NCBI GenBank assembly: GCA_977016875.1
Contig: CDRNST010000096.1
Coordinates: 1,736,001-1,800,000 of the forward strand
Reading direction: 5' to 3'
DNA: 64,000 nt
Source of the DNA: Pavona decussata
Taxonomy: Eukaryota
The position numbers and the translations under genes were made by a program. The stretch's first letter is position 1. Each line of letters begins with the position of its first letter. Below are positions 22,561-34,697 of this stretch, piece by piece. The notes under the pieces are model-generated. The model did not search any database. It saw only the letters and a list, made by a program, of their open reading frames with translations, and was not told where the DNA came from.

Positions 22561-25500
22561 CCCTATTTTCAATTCTGCGGCAAGTTTAATTGTGATCTCT
22601 GGCAAATGCTCTCTGGTATTTTTTCCGGCTAGCTCTCGTTCCATGTCGTGTAATGCCTCCATCTTGGTGAAAAAGAGGGGAAAGACGATAGACATTGGGG
22701 GATCAGGGCCACCAACAGAGAAGATGTTTCTCAATACTATTTACAGTGCACCAGCACGATGTAAGAAATGCTGTTACCTGGAAAAACATCCGCTAGCACG
22801 CATTGACGTAATTGAGGCCAGTAACAAAGACATTCGGCTCTCCAGAATGTAAATTCCTGATGGACATTTAGCATTGAGTTTGGAAGCGAAAACTTGCAGT
22901 CCCTTCTATCACAATCAGCTAAGTGAACGATAAAGGTAATTTAGTTTTTGTTTACTATTAGCCAACAAGTTACTAGACGTTACTTAAGTCCTGTCGTTAA
23001 TCATTTTGCTAAAACGAATTTAACTTGCCTTAACTTTCGAAAAAGAAAGTCTAAGCGGATATTTGCACGAAATTTAAGGAACAGAGTAGTGGCTTCAGTA
23101 TTCTATCGACTTTTTTTTACAAGGTATCGGACGTATTGTGGTATTTGTCAATTTTTTTTTTGCGGTATTGTGGTGTTCAGAACCCCTTAATGCCCCCCTC
23201 ATAACAATGACGAAGCGAGTGATCCTAAGTTGACAATTATAACTTTCTCATCATACCAGCACCATCACTTCCACTTTTTGCTCTATTGAATGTACTAAAT
23301 AGTTTTCAAATAAATGATTTTCTAATTGGCTCCTTCTTCACAATAAAGAACTTCCATTTTATTTCAAAGATTTTTGTATAGAAAATACGCAAGTCCATGA
23401 AAATAATACTAGACAATCAAAGCATCTACATAAGATTCTTAGGCAAACCAATTATGGTAAATTTTCAACAAGAAACAAGATAATTGAGATCTGGAATAGA
23501 ATATCAAATATCAAACAATTAGCATCTATAAAAATATTCAAAAGAAAATTAAAACAGTTTATTCTATCATAGCAAGACTAGCTATAGTTCAGTAGAAATA
23601 CAACTAAAACTATTATAATTGTAATTGCAAGCATAATGCCGATCTCACTTATACCAAATATATGACATTTAATAGATTGTAACTAAATTAAAGGGAGACT
23701 ACCTTGTAAAAGCCCGTGAGGGTTTCTTTAGTCTTCCTCCCAAAGCAATTTAACATGTTGCACTTACCAGTATGTACTTTTATTATGGGAAATAAACACG
23801 CGTTCGTTCGTTCATTGTGAAAACACCATCAATGTAAATTATATTTACCACAAAAGAGGTTCGTTAGCATTAACTTTACAAGCATTAAATGGTTTTTGGT
23901 TAATGGCCGTCAATGGTTATAGTGAAATACTGTACCCATGAGTTGGGGGAAAACAGTCCAAAACACGCTACTGTGAAATAAAAAAAGAGCTATGTTTTGT
24001 ACCAAAAATTCATTTACGTTTATATTGATTTCCAGAAAGGAGAAAATGCAGAGGTCATAATAATTATTTAGAAACCATTCATGATTATCTAACAAACCAT
24101 GAACGGTTTAGTGAAATAAACCATGGTAGATGTTTCATGGCAAATTGACCATTAGAAACATCAATGTTTTTTTTTTCCGAAGGACCATGAATGGTTTGAA
24201 ATATTTCAATGACTATGCAATATGTTGAAAAAGATGTCCATAATATAATATAAGAAACATAAATGTGTTTTAGAAAATTAATTTGCCATCCCGTTCGCTA
24301 ATTTAAACTAAATTATTAGATTGCAGAAGACATCATGGTTTATTGAAGAAACCACAATTTATGCTAAATTTGTCAAATGTACATCGGTTACACCAACATA
24401 AACAATTTAGTGACATTCTATGATTTTCGTGTGAAAGTTGGCGCAATTATATTAACAGTGGATGGTATTATCACCTTGAGAGTAGCTATAAACTCTATCA
24501 ACATTAAGACAAGGATTTTTTTCTGGTCTGTATATTGCTGTCTGCATACCTGTTGAATCTTCCTCTTCCCCAGTCTTATGGTAGTAAAGCACTTTTGCAA
24601 TTCGACTGTCAACATAAACATTTACAATTTTTGCCAACCACGGCTCAGGATTAGCGAATGACCCATTCATTTGGTTCACCAGGTTCAAAGCCTTAAGTAT
24701 GGAACACGTTATTTCCACAGACCTGGCGTCGATGGAATAACTTCATGCATTACTGTCAAAGTTAGAACCCAGCAAAGGAGGAACACATGAACTATTTGAG
24801 GTTGCTGACGAGCATGAGCTGCTGGTGCAAACACTACAGTCCTCGCTTTGTAATTCACTCTCTGTTGCCACCGCACTTGGTTCATTAAGGTTACTTGAAT
24901 GGAAAGATTCACTTACATGATTCTCAGAAATACTGGGTGGATCACTGGGTTTTATCGGCAATAACTACACTATTAAAGAAGGAGCTATGGTAAATTCTCG
25001 AAAGCGTTTAGAGGATCACAATTGTGGAATGGCATACTAAGGATAACACGTCGAAGTATATTTTCAGAAAAGGATCAAGCAATTGTTTTATAATTATTTA
25101 TGTCTGATGTTTGTAATAATTCCTGCTGCTTTTAAAATTCCTAAATTGAGCCACCATGATAAGTGAAGTACTAAAAAATTGTGGTAACACTGAAAGGGAG
25201 TTCCCCTGAGAAAAGCGATCACAAGCTAACCGATGTAAGCAAGATTTGAATAGCAAATGAAATACTGAATAAATCAAAGGAATAAATCAGCGAAAAACTA
25301 ACTAGAAGCAGAATTATTTCTTGCTGTATTGTCCAGGCAAGTAAGAGCCTTCTTTGCTCTTCCTGCGGTGGTTGTTAAACCAAACTGTAATCTATGGAGA
25401 GGAAATATCAATATCTTCGGTTAAGGAAATCCAAGAAATACTCTGTTTTTTATAAGAATACACCATTTTTAAAGGAACTTGAAAGCTGAGTTTTGCTCAG

Positions 25501-28366
25501 AAAATGCATGGACCAGAATTAAGAACATCTTTAGACTAAGTCTAATTTAAAAACTTTTTTATACAAAAAGAGTAAACAGATAGCATTGATAGGAGGGGGC
25601 CAGCTATTCATGACATAAGCACATTCAGAACTCAGGAAGGAACACAGTCTTAACATTTTTAAACGGAAACTTAAGACTCTCCTTTTTAAAAGAGCATATC
25701 TCGATTAGTCCTTTAGAATAACTTTTATACGATTTTTAATTTTTAACAGAATTAGTTAGCATGATGTTTATGATCTAATTTTTATGCTTTTACAGTTTAC
25801 TTTTTTACACTATATATATTGTTTAATTAATACCATTTGTAAAGCGCATTTGAAAACTTCAGTTGAATTTGCGCTTAAGAAATGATTATTATTATTTAGT
25901 AAAGAATAAAATCATTTGGATCGCCGCATTGCTGGCATTTCTCTGCAATTCTTAGTTCAGCAAACATGTTTTGCTCCCCGCACACCTTCTTCTTGCCGTG
26001 TCTTGTAGTAAGTGCTTGGTTTTATTGTTTTTTACAAGTTGAAAGTGCTCCTCAGAGAGATGTCCATGATCTCAATAAGGAATTAAAGCAACGTGGTTTT
26101 AAACCACTCCGTTCCGTTGATGATTTCAAGGCATCACTAACTTGTTCATTGTGCGGAATAACTCTGTGTTATCAAGATAAAGCGAAAGCAGTGTGGCTGG
26201 TAAAGCGACATGCAAATGAAAACTCACATAAAATTTAAGCCGGATGGTGCCTGGATGCAAACAACCTTGTTGTGGCAAGTAAGCCTAAAGGTAAGCGACA
26301 ATAACTTACTTGTTGCTTGTCAATTTTTAACGCATTGGCGGTTCTTTCAATGACACCTTTGTCTGGTGTACCCCTAGAGGACAAAAACACCGTGTCCAGG
26401 GTAGATAACTCGAGATCAGAGTATTTCTTTTGCTTTCTGCAGGGTGTATCGGCCTCTTCTTCATCTTCATCATTTACTGATATGGGTTTTGTTTTTTCGC
26501 TTTTCCGCCTGAAAAGAAAAATAATTTGAATACATCTTATAACATATTTGGTGAATGCGTTTTACTCACTGGTATTGGTATTTCCGGTGGTTTTGAGGTG
26601 TTACATTTCTTATTTCATTTTTAAGCTTCAGCTGCAAGTTTTCACTTTTCAGGCTGTTTTATACAGTTTTATTGAGTTTTATCCAACACGTAACATAGCC
26701 CATATTAAAAAGATATGAACAGTTTATTCAGCTTACTTTCCCTAAACTGTTCTCGCAACTCCTTTTGTTCCTCTTCACTCTATGAACTGGTGCAGTCGTT
26801 GCCAAATTCCACAGGCATGTGACTTGGGCATTGTTGGTGGTGCCTTGGTCAAATAGTCGGAGAACGATCGCAACACTTTCTCTGCAAAATATTTTTGCGG
26901 CACATTATTCCATTGGAGCCGAAGGCAAAGTTTTTCGGCGATCTCCTTTGGTTAAGATCGTAACTTTCCCTGCTTCTGGTACTTTCAAAAATCAAAACAT
27001 TTAGTGCTGGATCAAAATTCACAGACACTCCCGCATTTCCATCAGTTGTATTTTCATCTAAATTATTCAATATAAGAAAAACTAATTGAAAACCTTGGCC
27101 AGATTGATGTCGTAGAATGCCGGCGTGTTTCACTACGCAATCAACCACATTGTTCAATGAATTTGGTACAATGGCCATACCAGAAATTCAGAAATTAACA
27201 GAAATATTGGGATTTTTTAGTACCACTCTCAACGCTTCCTCCTTTGTCTTTCACAAACTGCCTCAGCTCATCCAGATATTTATCCTCGATGAGGATAGAG
27301 ACTTTTGTAACCTTGGGACCTTCCATTTAAGTTTACACAAATATACAGTGGGAGAAAAAGAGTGTCTAACTGAACGCAGCTCGTTAAGCACAGACAGTAG
27401 TGCAGGCATGCAATTTCACAATCGAGAGACAGAAGGTGGGAAATAAAAACCGGAACTGGGATTTATGACGCGCATAAGTCGCCCCAGTTGCTGCAACTGA
27501 AGATGTTCCATTGTTGTTTCGACACATCAAGAACAGAGCGTTAAAAACTATACGTGTGGGTGGTGTGAATCAACAGCAAAATAAAATAACAAATAAAAAT
27601 AAACAACAGACACTTGAACTTCTAGGAGCCAGGTCTTAGGGCCGAGAGTATGGTACATGTGAACCTAAAGCGCATATAATTAACCATCTACCACCGTTAT
27701 GCATTTTTTACGAAAAGGAAACAAGCTATTGACAACTTTCTTTGGAAAGGCAGCGAAAACAAGAGTCTCAGAAAGGCCACTGCGCACCCTGTCAGTTACT
27801 CCAACCATTGCATTAGCCACAGAGACCGAACAGGTAGTCTCAGAGACCCGTAAAGAAATGAACATAGAATTTGGGAAACGAATCGGTGAAATGGTTGTTT
27901 CAGAAACATCGTCATTGTCATCGTCAGCACATGCAACGCACAACAGAGGTAAGAGAAAACATTAAAAAAGTGTCATTGTCGTCAAAGTTGTCAAAAATCC
28001 AACTGATGTCCTTGTTTACCGCAACAACATCTATTCTTTTGACAGAATATAGATACGAGATGTATAAATCCAACAGAAATTTGAAAAGGTGAGAGGTGAC
28101 TTCTGCATTAAGTGCTTTCCTGAGTACTTTTCTCTGTCTCTCTGTTGACCTTTTGATCATGAACGAAACTACTCAAATTTACAGAATGAAGGTTTCTTAT
28201 CATTTGGAGCCATAACATTTCCCGCATCCCGCTTTGTAAAATCGTCAAATCCCGTTTCCCGTCCCTAATTCTAATCCCAAATATCGTCGCTCCTTTCCGC
28301 TAAAATCCCGAATCCCGACCTTTAAAAAACCGAAATCCCAGATCCCGAAAAACCTATTGGGGACCC

Positions 28367-28705
28367 TCATACATCACATACCATATATTCCCCGAAGACG
28401 GGGGCAAAGTGCCTTTTGCACGCATTCTTGATGTTGTGTGATGTGACTTCCTCATTCTCGAAAGGGACAAATTTGCGCGCACCGATGCAGCTGTACTTCT
28501 GCGCCTTACCCGATACCTCAGGGGTTAATCTTTGTATAACAATTTCCTCCTTCTGCAAAATATCGTGAGAAGGTGCTTTTCGCTTACCAGTCCATTTCTC
28601 TTTCATAGCATTTTTAAAATTCTTCCATGATGCCATTTTGATGCTTGGACAAACCCAACCGTTACCAGTCCCCTCTCTCGTATGCTGGGATACTACTGCA
28701 GGCAT
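28367..28705 (-). pseudogene. Truncated 5' coding fragment of unknown function
   Basis: MASWKNFKNAMKEK...QRLTPEVSGKAQKYSCIGARKFVPF...NIKNACKRHF looks like natural protein sequence with an AAAATGGC start context. It is cut at 28367 by a MITE-like (AATCCCG)n...GGGGACCCTC repeat. Confidence 0.35.
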
Positions 28706-29320
28706 AGGCCACGTAAATTTTTATTTTATTTTACTTTCTATTTCATTTTGATTTTAAAATGGTTTTATTTTTCTTTTACTTTCACTTTTACTTTAACTTT
28801 GAATTTGTTCATCTTTTTTTTCTTTTAAATTGGTTAAGCTCAATATTTCTTTTTAGTTTTATTTTGGATTTCTTTTTGTTTTCCTTTACACTTTGAAAAA
28901 ATCCAATGGCAATGGCCTCTGAAGAGTATAGTAAATTGCTTGATATTAGTTCGGCAGGTGTGAGCTGAGGTTCTAGTATCATAATTATGAATTCGACCGC
29001 CAGTCGGAAATAAATTTAAAAAGGGCGAGAGCAGCAAACGTTGGTGATAGGAAAACAAAAATTTTGCAGTATAAAGGGAATTCACTTTAAAAATATCTAC
29101 AATATTCAATGGTGCAAATAAAGGGGCAGAAGGTACAAGGTGATTAAAAATTTGTCATAGCTCACACAGCTCGTTTTTGAAGAAGAAAAATGCGATTTAA
29201 GTTTGTTACATAAGTAGCAGACCAAACTGTAGTACAATAAGTTAAATAGGGATAAAGTAAGGTATAATACAAAGATTTTTTAGTGTTTGATGACAAAAAG
29301 AAACGAAATCTATACATTAT

Positions 29321-29657
29321 TGAAGAAACAAGCCTTCTCGATGACAATTAGTTCTTTAATCACAACGATGAACGAGTCCTAATACACAGAAATGAGACAA
29401 AATTACAGTAAGATTGGGGAACGAAAGGACGGAGTACATAAACATAATCAACTAACGTATTATTGTCACAAACGAGCGAGGAGTTACAATATGGCTATGA
29501 TTTCCGAAGCAGATGCTTGTAAACAAGGCTTAAACAAAATGTCCGACCAGTGAATACTGGACTCACAAAGTGGTCAGCGGTTACATCGAAATCGAGGTAT
29601 ATACGTTGTATTACTATCCTTAAGTGTAACGGTATCTATATCGACAGTATCTCTGCA
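29321..29657 (-). repeat. 3' LTR of the Mag-like element (337 bp)
   Basis: Direct repeat of 34358-34697, with roughly ten differences including a 3-nt indel. Confidence 0.92.
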
Positions 29658-29750
29658 TCCCCCCCAGTTCGGGACTCTATAGTCCTTTATAGAGGGGCGA
29701 ACTCAAAGCTTAACGTTCAATCCACTGCCCAGTTTCCAGCTCATAGTGCT

Positions 29751-32700
29751 TCAGGGGTTGCCGGCTGTGTCTTGGGCGTGGGTGCTGGTCTGGTACTGGT
29801 GTCTCAGAGGCGGAGGGAGGTCCAGGGCACGGATAGTCGGTGAGGACTTGTGCCAGCGATGTGGGAGCCGTTGGCACCGGTGACAGGCGGTCAGTGGGGT
29901 TGTGTCATCAGTGGTGGGTGCGTCAACGGTTATGGGCTCAGTGGTGGTTGCGTCAACGGTTATGGGCTCCACAGCCGCGGGAGGTGGCCGCCAATGCGGG
30001 TGAGATGTGGTTCCGCTGTGGGCCCTTGAAGAAGGGATGGAGTGGCTGGTGTGTACGGCCTCAGGAAGCGGCGATTGCGCAGGGTCAGATGTCCAGAGCC
30101 ATCCACCTTTACCCTGTACTGGTCGTAGCCAGGTGACTCTATTACTGTGCCTGATCTGTCCCACTTGGTTGGGTGGTTGCCCTGTTGATTCTGTAGGAAC
30201 ACCCTCGGGCCGATAGAAAGGGGGCGTAACGGCTTAGAGTGGGCCTTTAGGGATTCCGTGGTCCGGGTCATACGTGTCCTAAGCGCTTCTTCTTTGGCTG
30301 CCCAGGCATGGCGCCATAGGGGTCAGACATGAGGGTTGGAGAATTTTTCCAGTTTGTTGACGAATATCAGGCTGTCTCGAAGGGGGCGACCATAGATGAT
30401 CTGCGCTGGGGAGAGATGACAGTCCGGGTCGGGGGTGTTGCGGAGCTGTAGCATCGCAGGCAGGAATCGGTCATGATCGAGGTTTCCTGTGGGTCCAGTG
30501 TTGGACATCAACAGGCGCTTTGCGGTTTTCACAGCGACCTCTGCGCGACCGTTGGACTGAGGGAAGCTGACTGACGAAAGGTGGTGACGTACACCCCAGA
30601 GGCGCAAGAACTTCTCAGTGTTTCCTGCTGTGAACTCCGGCGTACCATCGCTGGCTAACTCCTCCGGGACGCCGAATGTGGCAAAGAAAGAACGAAGATG
30701 GCAAATCAGGCCTGCGGAGCCTCCAAGGTTAGTGCCAGCTGGCGAGCTTAGTATCTCTACCCAGCCCAAGAGTCGGTCTCCCACTACAAGATAGTGATGC
30801 CCACCGTAGTCGAAGAAGTCTGCGAAAACTGCTTCAAAAGGGGTTGACGGTGGAGGGGAAGGGAGTGGGGGTGTGGCAGCTTGTGATGGTGCATTTCTAT
30901 TGCAATCAGCGCATCCATCTCTTGTATCACGAATGTCTTTTGACATCCCTGGCCAGTAGACGATAGCTCGTGCCCGTTGTTCCATTGTTGAGGTTCCTTG
31001 GTGAGCGGCATGGAGGTGTTGCAGTATGTGGTTGCGGAGTGAGGGAGGGACCACCACCCGATATTGGTACATCAGAACACCATCATGCGCATAGAATGAC
31101 GCACAGGCAGGCCAAAGGGGCCGCAGTGCAGCGTCGGTGTCGTCGGGGGTCGACTTTCCTGTCCCGATCAACTGAAGGATGTGGTTGAAGGAGGTGTCTG
31201 CTGCAGTCTCACGGACGAGGAGTGACCATGGGATGGTGCTGACCTCCTGGGCATCGGTGCGGATGGAGGCAAGTAGTGCAGACTCCATGGAATCAGGCGG
31301 CTCTGGCAAGTGTAAATGCGAGGGGTATCGCGAGGCAGCATCAGCAGCATGGTTGGTCTTTCCTGGACGATGGACAATGTCGAAGCGCCATGGGAGGGTT
31401 CGCTGCTTAAGGCGGAACAGGCGGGAGTTAGATATCTCGTCTAGTGTCCGATCGCCGAATATCTTGGTCAGGGGCTTGTGGTCAGTGACAATGACGAGAT
31501 TGTCACATCCTTGGGTGAAATAGCGGGTTTGCTCCAGGCCCCAGGCCACAGTAAGCGCCTCCCCTTTGATTGCAGCATAGTGTTGTTCTGCTGATGAGAG
31601 GAAGCGGGAGCCTGCAAGGGTGATCCGCCATCCTCCTGGGCAACAGTCAGGGAGTCCTGATGGGCAGTCGCAGTGCTGTTGGAGGAGGAAGTTCCCAATG
31701 CCACGCCGGGACCAATCCCAATTCCTTGGAAGACTGGAAGGGGGTCACCAGCTCAGGGGACCATGAGAATTGGCAGCGGGCACTGAGGAACGGCTTGAAT
31801 GGCGCCATGAGGTCGCGCAGCTGGGCGTAGTTGGCTACCTGGTTAACAAGGGCGAACCAGCTCCTGATGTCGGTTGTGGAGGTTGGGGAGGGGAATTCCC
31901 TGATAGCATCTAGGTATTTCGCGAGTGGCTCAATCGATGAGTCGGACACTCGGAAGCCAGCAAAGTCAACGCTGCGCTCTGCAAACTGGAGTTTGTCTGG
32001 GTTGAGGACGATGCCAGCTTGCCCAGCCCGTGTGAGGAGGTCAATTGTTCTCCACCAGTGCTGCTCCAGGTCGGTGTCGTGGTGGATGGTGTCGTCCACA
32101 CAGCGTTCTTTGCGTTCAAATGTGGAAAGCACAGCGTCAAATCGGCGATTGTATCCATCTCCCGAAGATAGGAAGCCTTGGGGTGCCCTGGTGTAGCGCC
32201 AGCGCCCAAACGGTGTGATGAATGTCGTGAGGGGTTGGTCTGATTCACCCAGGGGTACGCTGTGGTATCCATTCCATGCATCGGTTACTGTCTTCCAGGT
32301 GTTTTTTGGGATGTGGCGTGCCAGCTGGAAGGGAGATTCGGTTGAAAATGTTTCACGTTTGCAGAATTTGTTTAATGGCGAGAGGTCGACTGTGCGCCTT
32401 GGTGAGCCATCATGCTTCTGGGTGATCACCATACGATGGCACCATGTCACGGGCTCACCATATGGGACACGCTCGATGACCCCTAATGCTTCATCACGGA
32501 GGAGGTCGTCGTAGACTCGCTGCTGCCAATGAAGTGGGATGCTGGCAGGGGTGTGGCAATGTCCTCCACATGTATGTCTATCGGTGGCCCGTCCATGCAG
32601 GGCAGTGGGAGGTGGGGGCAGGTGTTGAATGTCGAGGAGCCATATCTTTCCAGGATCCAAGCTTTCATCCTTCCGTTGTTTTCAGGTGTACATGGGAATG

Positions 32701-34340
32701 GGAGCTCAGATGGGCGTGGTGGTGTTTGACGCTGTGGGCACGAGCATGCAGGGCCGTGTAGTGTAGGCGGTGCAGCACATCCATCAATGAGCGAGGATGT
32801 GGCGTTGATTGGCATTGTCCTACCTAACTCATGTTGGTGATGTTCGTCGGGGCTGTTCCCACCTGAGAAGCCATTTGCCAGGAGGCAATAAGACAGGTAC
32901 ATGTCGTGGACCGAGCTGCTCACGTAAACCATGCATCGACATGACGTTTCTCTGCCGTTGGGGGACTTCGTGGTCAGCTTTGCAAAGAATGCTCCATCGA
33001 TGGCGATGGGGGAGCAGTTGGCAGCGGACAAGCTCAGCCGGATAGGGTGCAGGTGAGCACGTGAGAAGCCACATGCAAGGAAGTCAGATAACGCCCAGAG
33101 GTCGGACTGCGCTCCAGTGTCTACAATGGCTGATACGTCTGCGAGGGGCAGGGGAGCACAGAGAGATGCGCTGTCCTTGGTCTTCTTCCCTGTGTCTAGC
33201 TCGATAGTGAGGGGCACCCGCGGGTGATCACGGAGGTGTGCGGTCTCCATTCTCCCTTAGAGAAGATGTGGTGGCTCAATGTCTCACTTACAGACCTGTG
33301 TGTGGTTGGTGTGTCATCACTGCCGGCTTTATTGGGTGGGGTTTCCGTGGCTTGGAAGGCTGCAATCTGTGAGATAGGGTCAGACTCAACTGCCTGGACT
33401 GTGGCCCTTGGGGCCTGGGGTGGGTGGCGCTGACGTGGGTTCCAACGTCGTGCTCTATAGCAGTTGATGCACACCTTCTGTGGGTTAGTGTTCCAGCCTC
33501 GAGCACCTTCGGTGAATATTTTCTAACTAGTCTTGCAGTCCGGGCAAGTAGCAACTTTGTCCCTGTCCGACTGGGTGGGGACTGGGGCCGAGGGCGGAAT
33601 CGTGGGCTGGGCTTGTTTTGCCTGCTTGAACGTCGAAATGCTTGAGAGTGAGGCCGACAGGAGGAGTTTCGAGCCATTTTTTATTCTCTACAAGCGCAAT
33701 GACATCGTTGATCGGCTTAGTGAGTATATCCTTTGTCCCCAGCACGTCTCGGCGAATGTCGGGGTCGGAGAGGCCATTTAACAGCACGTCCCGGACCACA
33801 TGGTCGGTGTAATCAACGTCTTGTCCACACTCGCTCCTTGCATTGAATGCGCAGGTCTCGGCCTTCCCTGACCCTGGCGGCAAATGCCTGAAATGTCTCG
33901 TCACGCTCTTGTTGCAGCTGTAGGAGTTCAGTTCTGAGGACGCACGTTGCGACAGGTATAACAGCAAGGGAGCGCATAGTGGCGAGGACAGCCGATAGAG
34001 ACTCGGATGTGATGGTAGGGTTCGTCTTCAGTATTCAGTCGCCTAGATCCGCTCCAGCACACTGAAACAGTTGTGATGGAGCTGATGCCTCGCCGATTCC
34101 AGATCCTGCTTGAAATACTTGCCAGCGCCGTAGGAAGACGTTCCATTCTTCAATGGACACGCCAATGTCGATGGTAGGCCTCGTTAATTTCGGCCCTCGG
34201 CTGGGCGCTGGAGGAGGTGCGGTTTGTGAGCTCGTGGTGTGTCCCACAGTGTGATTTCCTAGCAGCGCGATTGCGAGCAACTCGGATACGTCCTGAGTCT
34301 TGAACTCGCAGCCAGGGATCGTACAGGTGATGACTACCAT
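29751..34340 (-). pseudogene. gag-pol (PR-RT-RH-IN order) with several frameshifts
   Basis: Gag MVVITCTIPGCEF..H..H and PKLTRPTI..EEWNVF. PR VDTGAQS. RT RRTVDLSPLN, DAWNGYH, APQG, CVDD. RH VTDHKPL. IN HAAHQG..CADC, FADFF, ASDG, SNGRAEVAVK. C-terminal RNRRFLR. Confidence 0.9.
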
Positions 34341-34357
34341 TGTTTACGACTCGTTCA

Positions 34358-34697
34358 TGAAGAAACAAGCCTTCTCGATGACAATTAGTTCTTTAATCAC
34401 AATGATGGACGAGTCCTAATACACAGAAATGACACAAAATTACAGTAAGATTGGGGAACGAAAGGACGGAGTACATAAACATAATAATTAACTTACGTAT
34501 TATTGTCACAAACGAGCGAGGAGTCACAATATGGCTATGATTTCTGAAGCAGATGCTTGTAAACAAGGCTTAAACAAAATGTGCGACCAGTGAATACTGG
34601 ACTCACAAAGTGGTCAGCGGTTACATCGAAATCGAGGTATATACGTTGTGTTACTATCCTCAAGTGTAACGGTATCTCTATCGACAGTATCTCTGCA
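34358..34697 (-). repeat. 5' LTR of the Mag-like element (340 bp)
   Basis: Direct repeat of 29321-29657. The gag ATG (34340) is only 18 nt downstream. Confidence 0.92.

Larger units (their letters stand above)
29321..34697 (-). mobile_element. Full-length Ty3/Gypsy LTR retrotransposon (Mag-like), degenerate
   Basis: LTRs at 29321-29657 and 34358-34697 with TG..CA ends. TSD ATTAT (29316-29320 and 34698-34702) is confirmed by the empty site TACATTATACCAAC in LINE copy 1. A G-rich PPT lies next to the 3' LTR on the minus strand. Confidence 0.92.

Noticed and set aside
24400-28160. Assorted short ORFs, including a possible zinc finger (CSLC..H....H at 25966-26238) and KLLTTFF at 27699
   Set aside because: Probably TE-protein debris, but I could not assemble them into a supportable gene or family.
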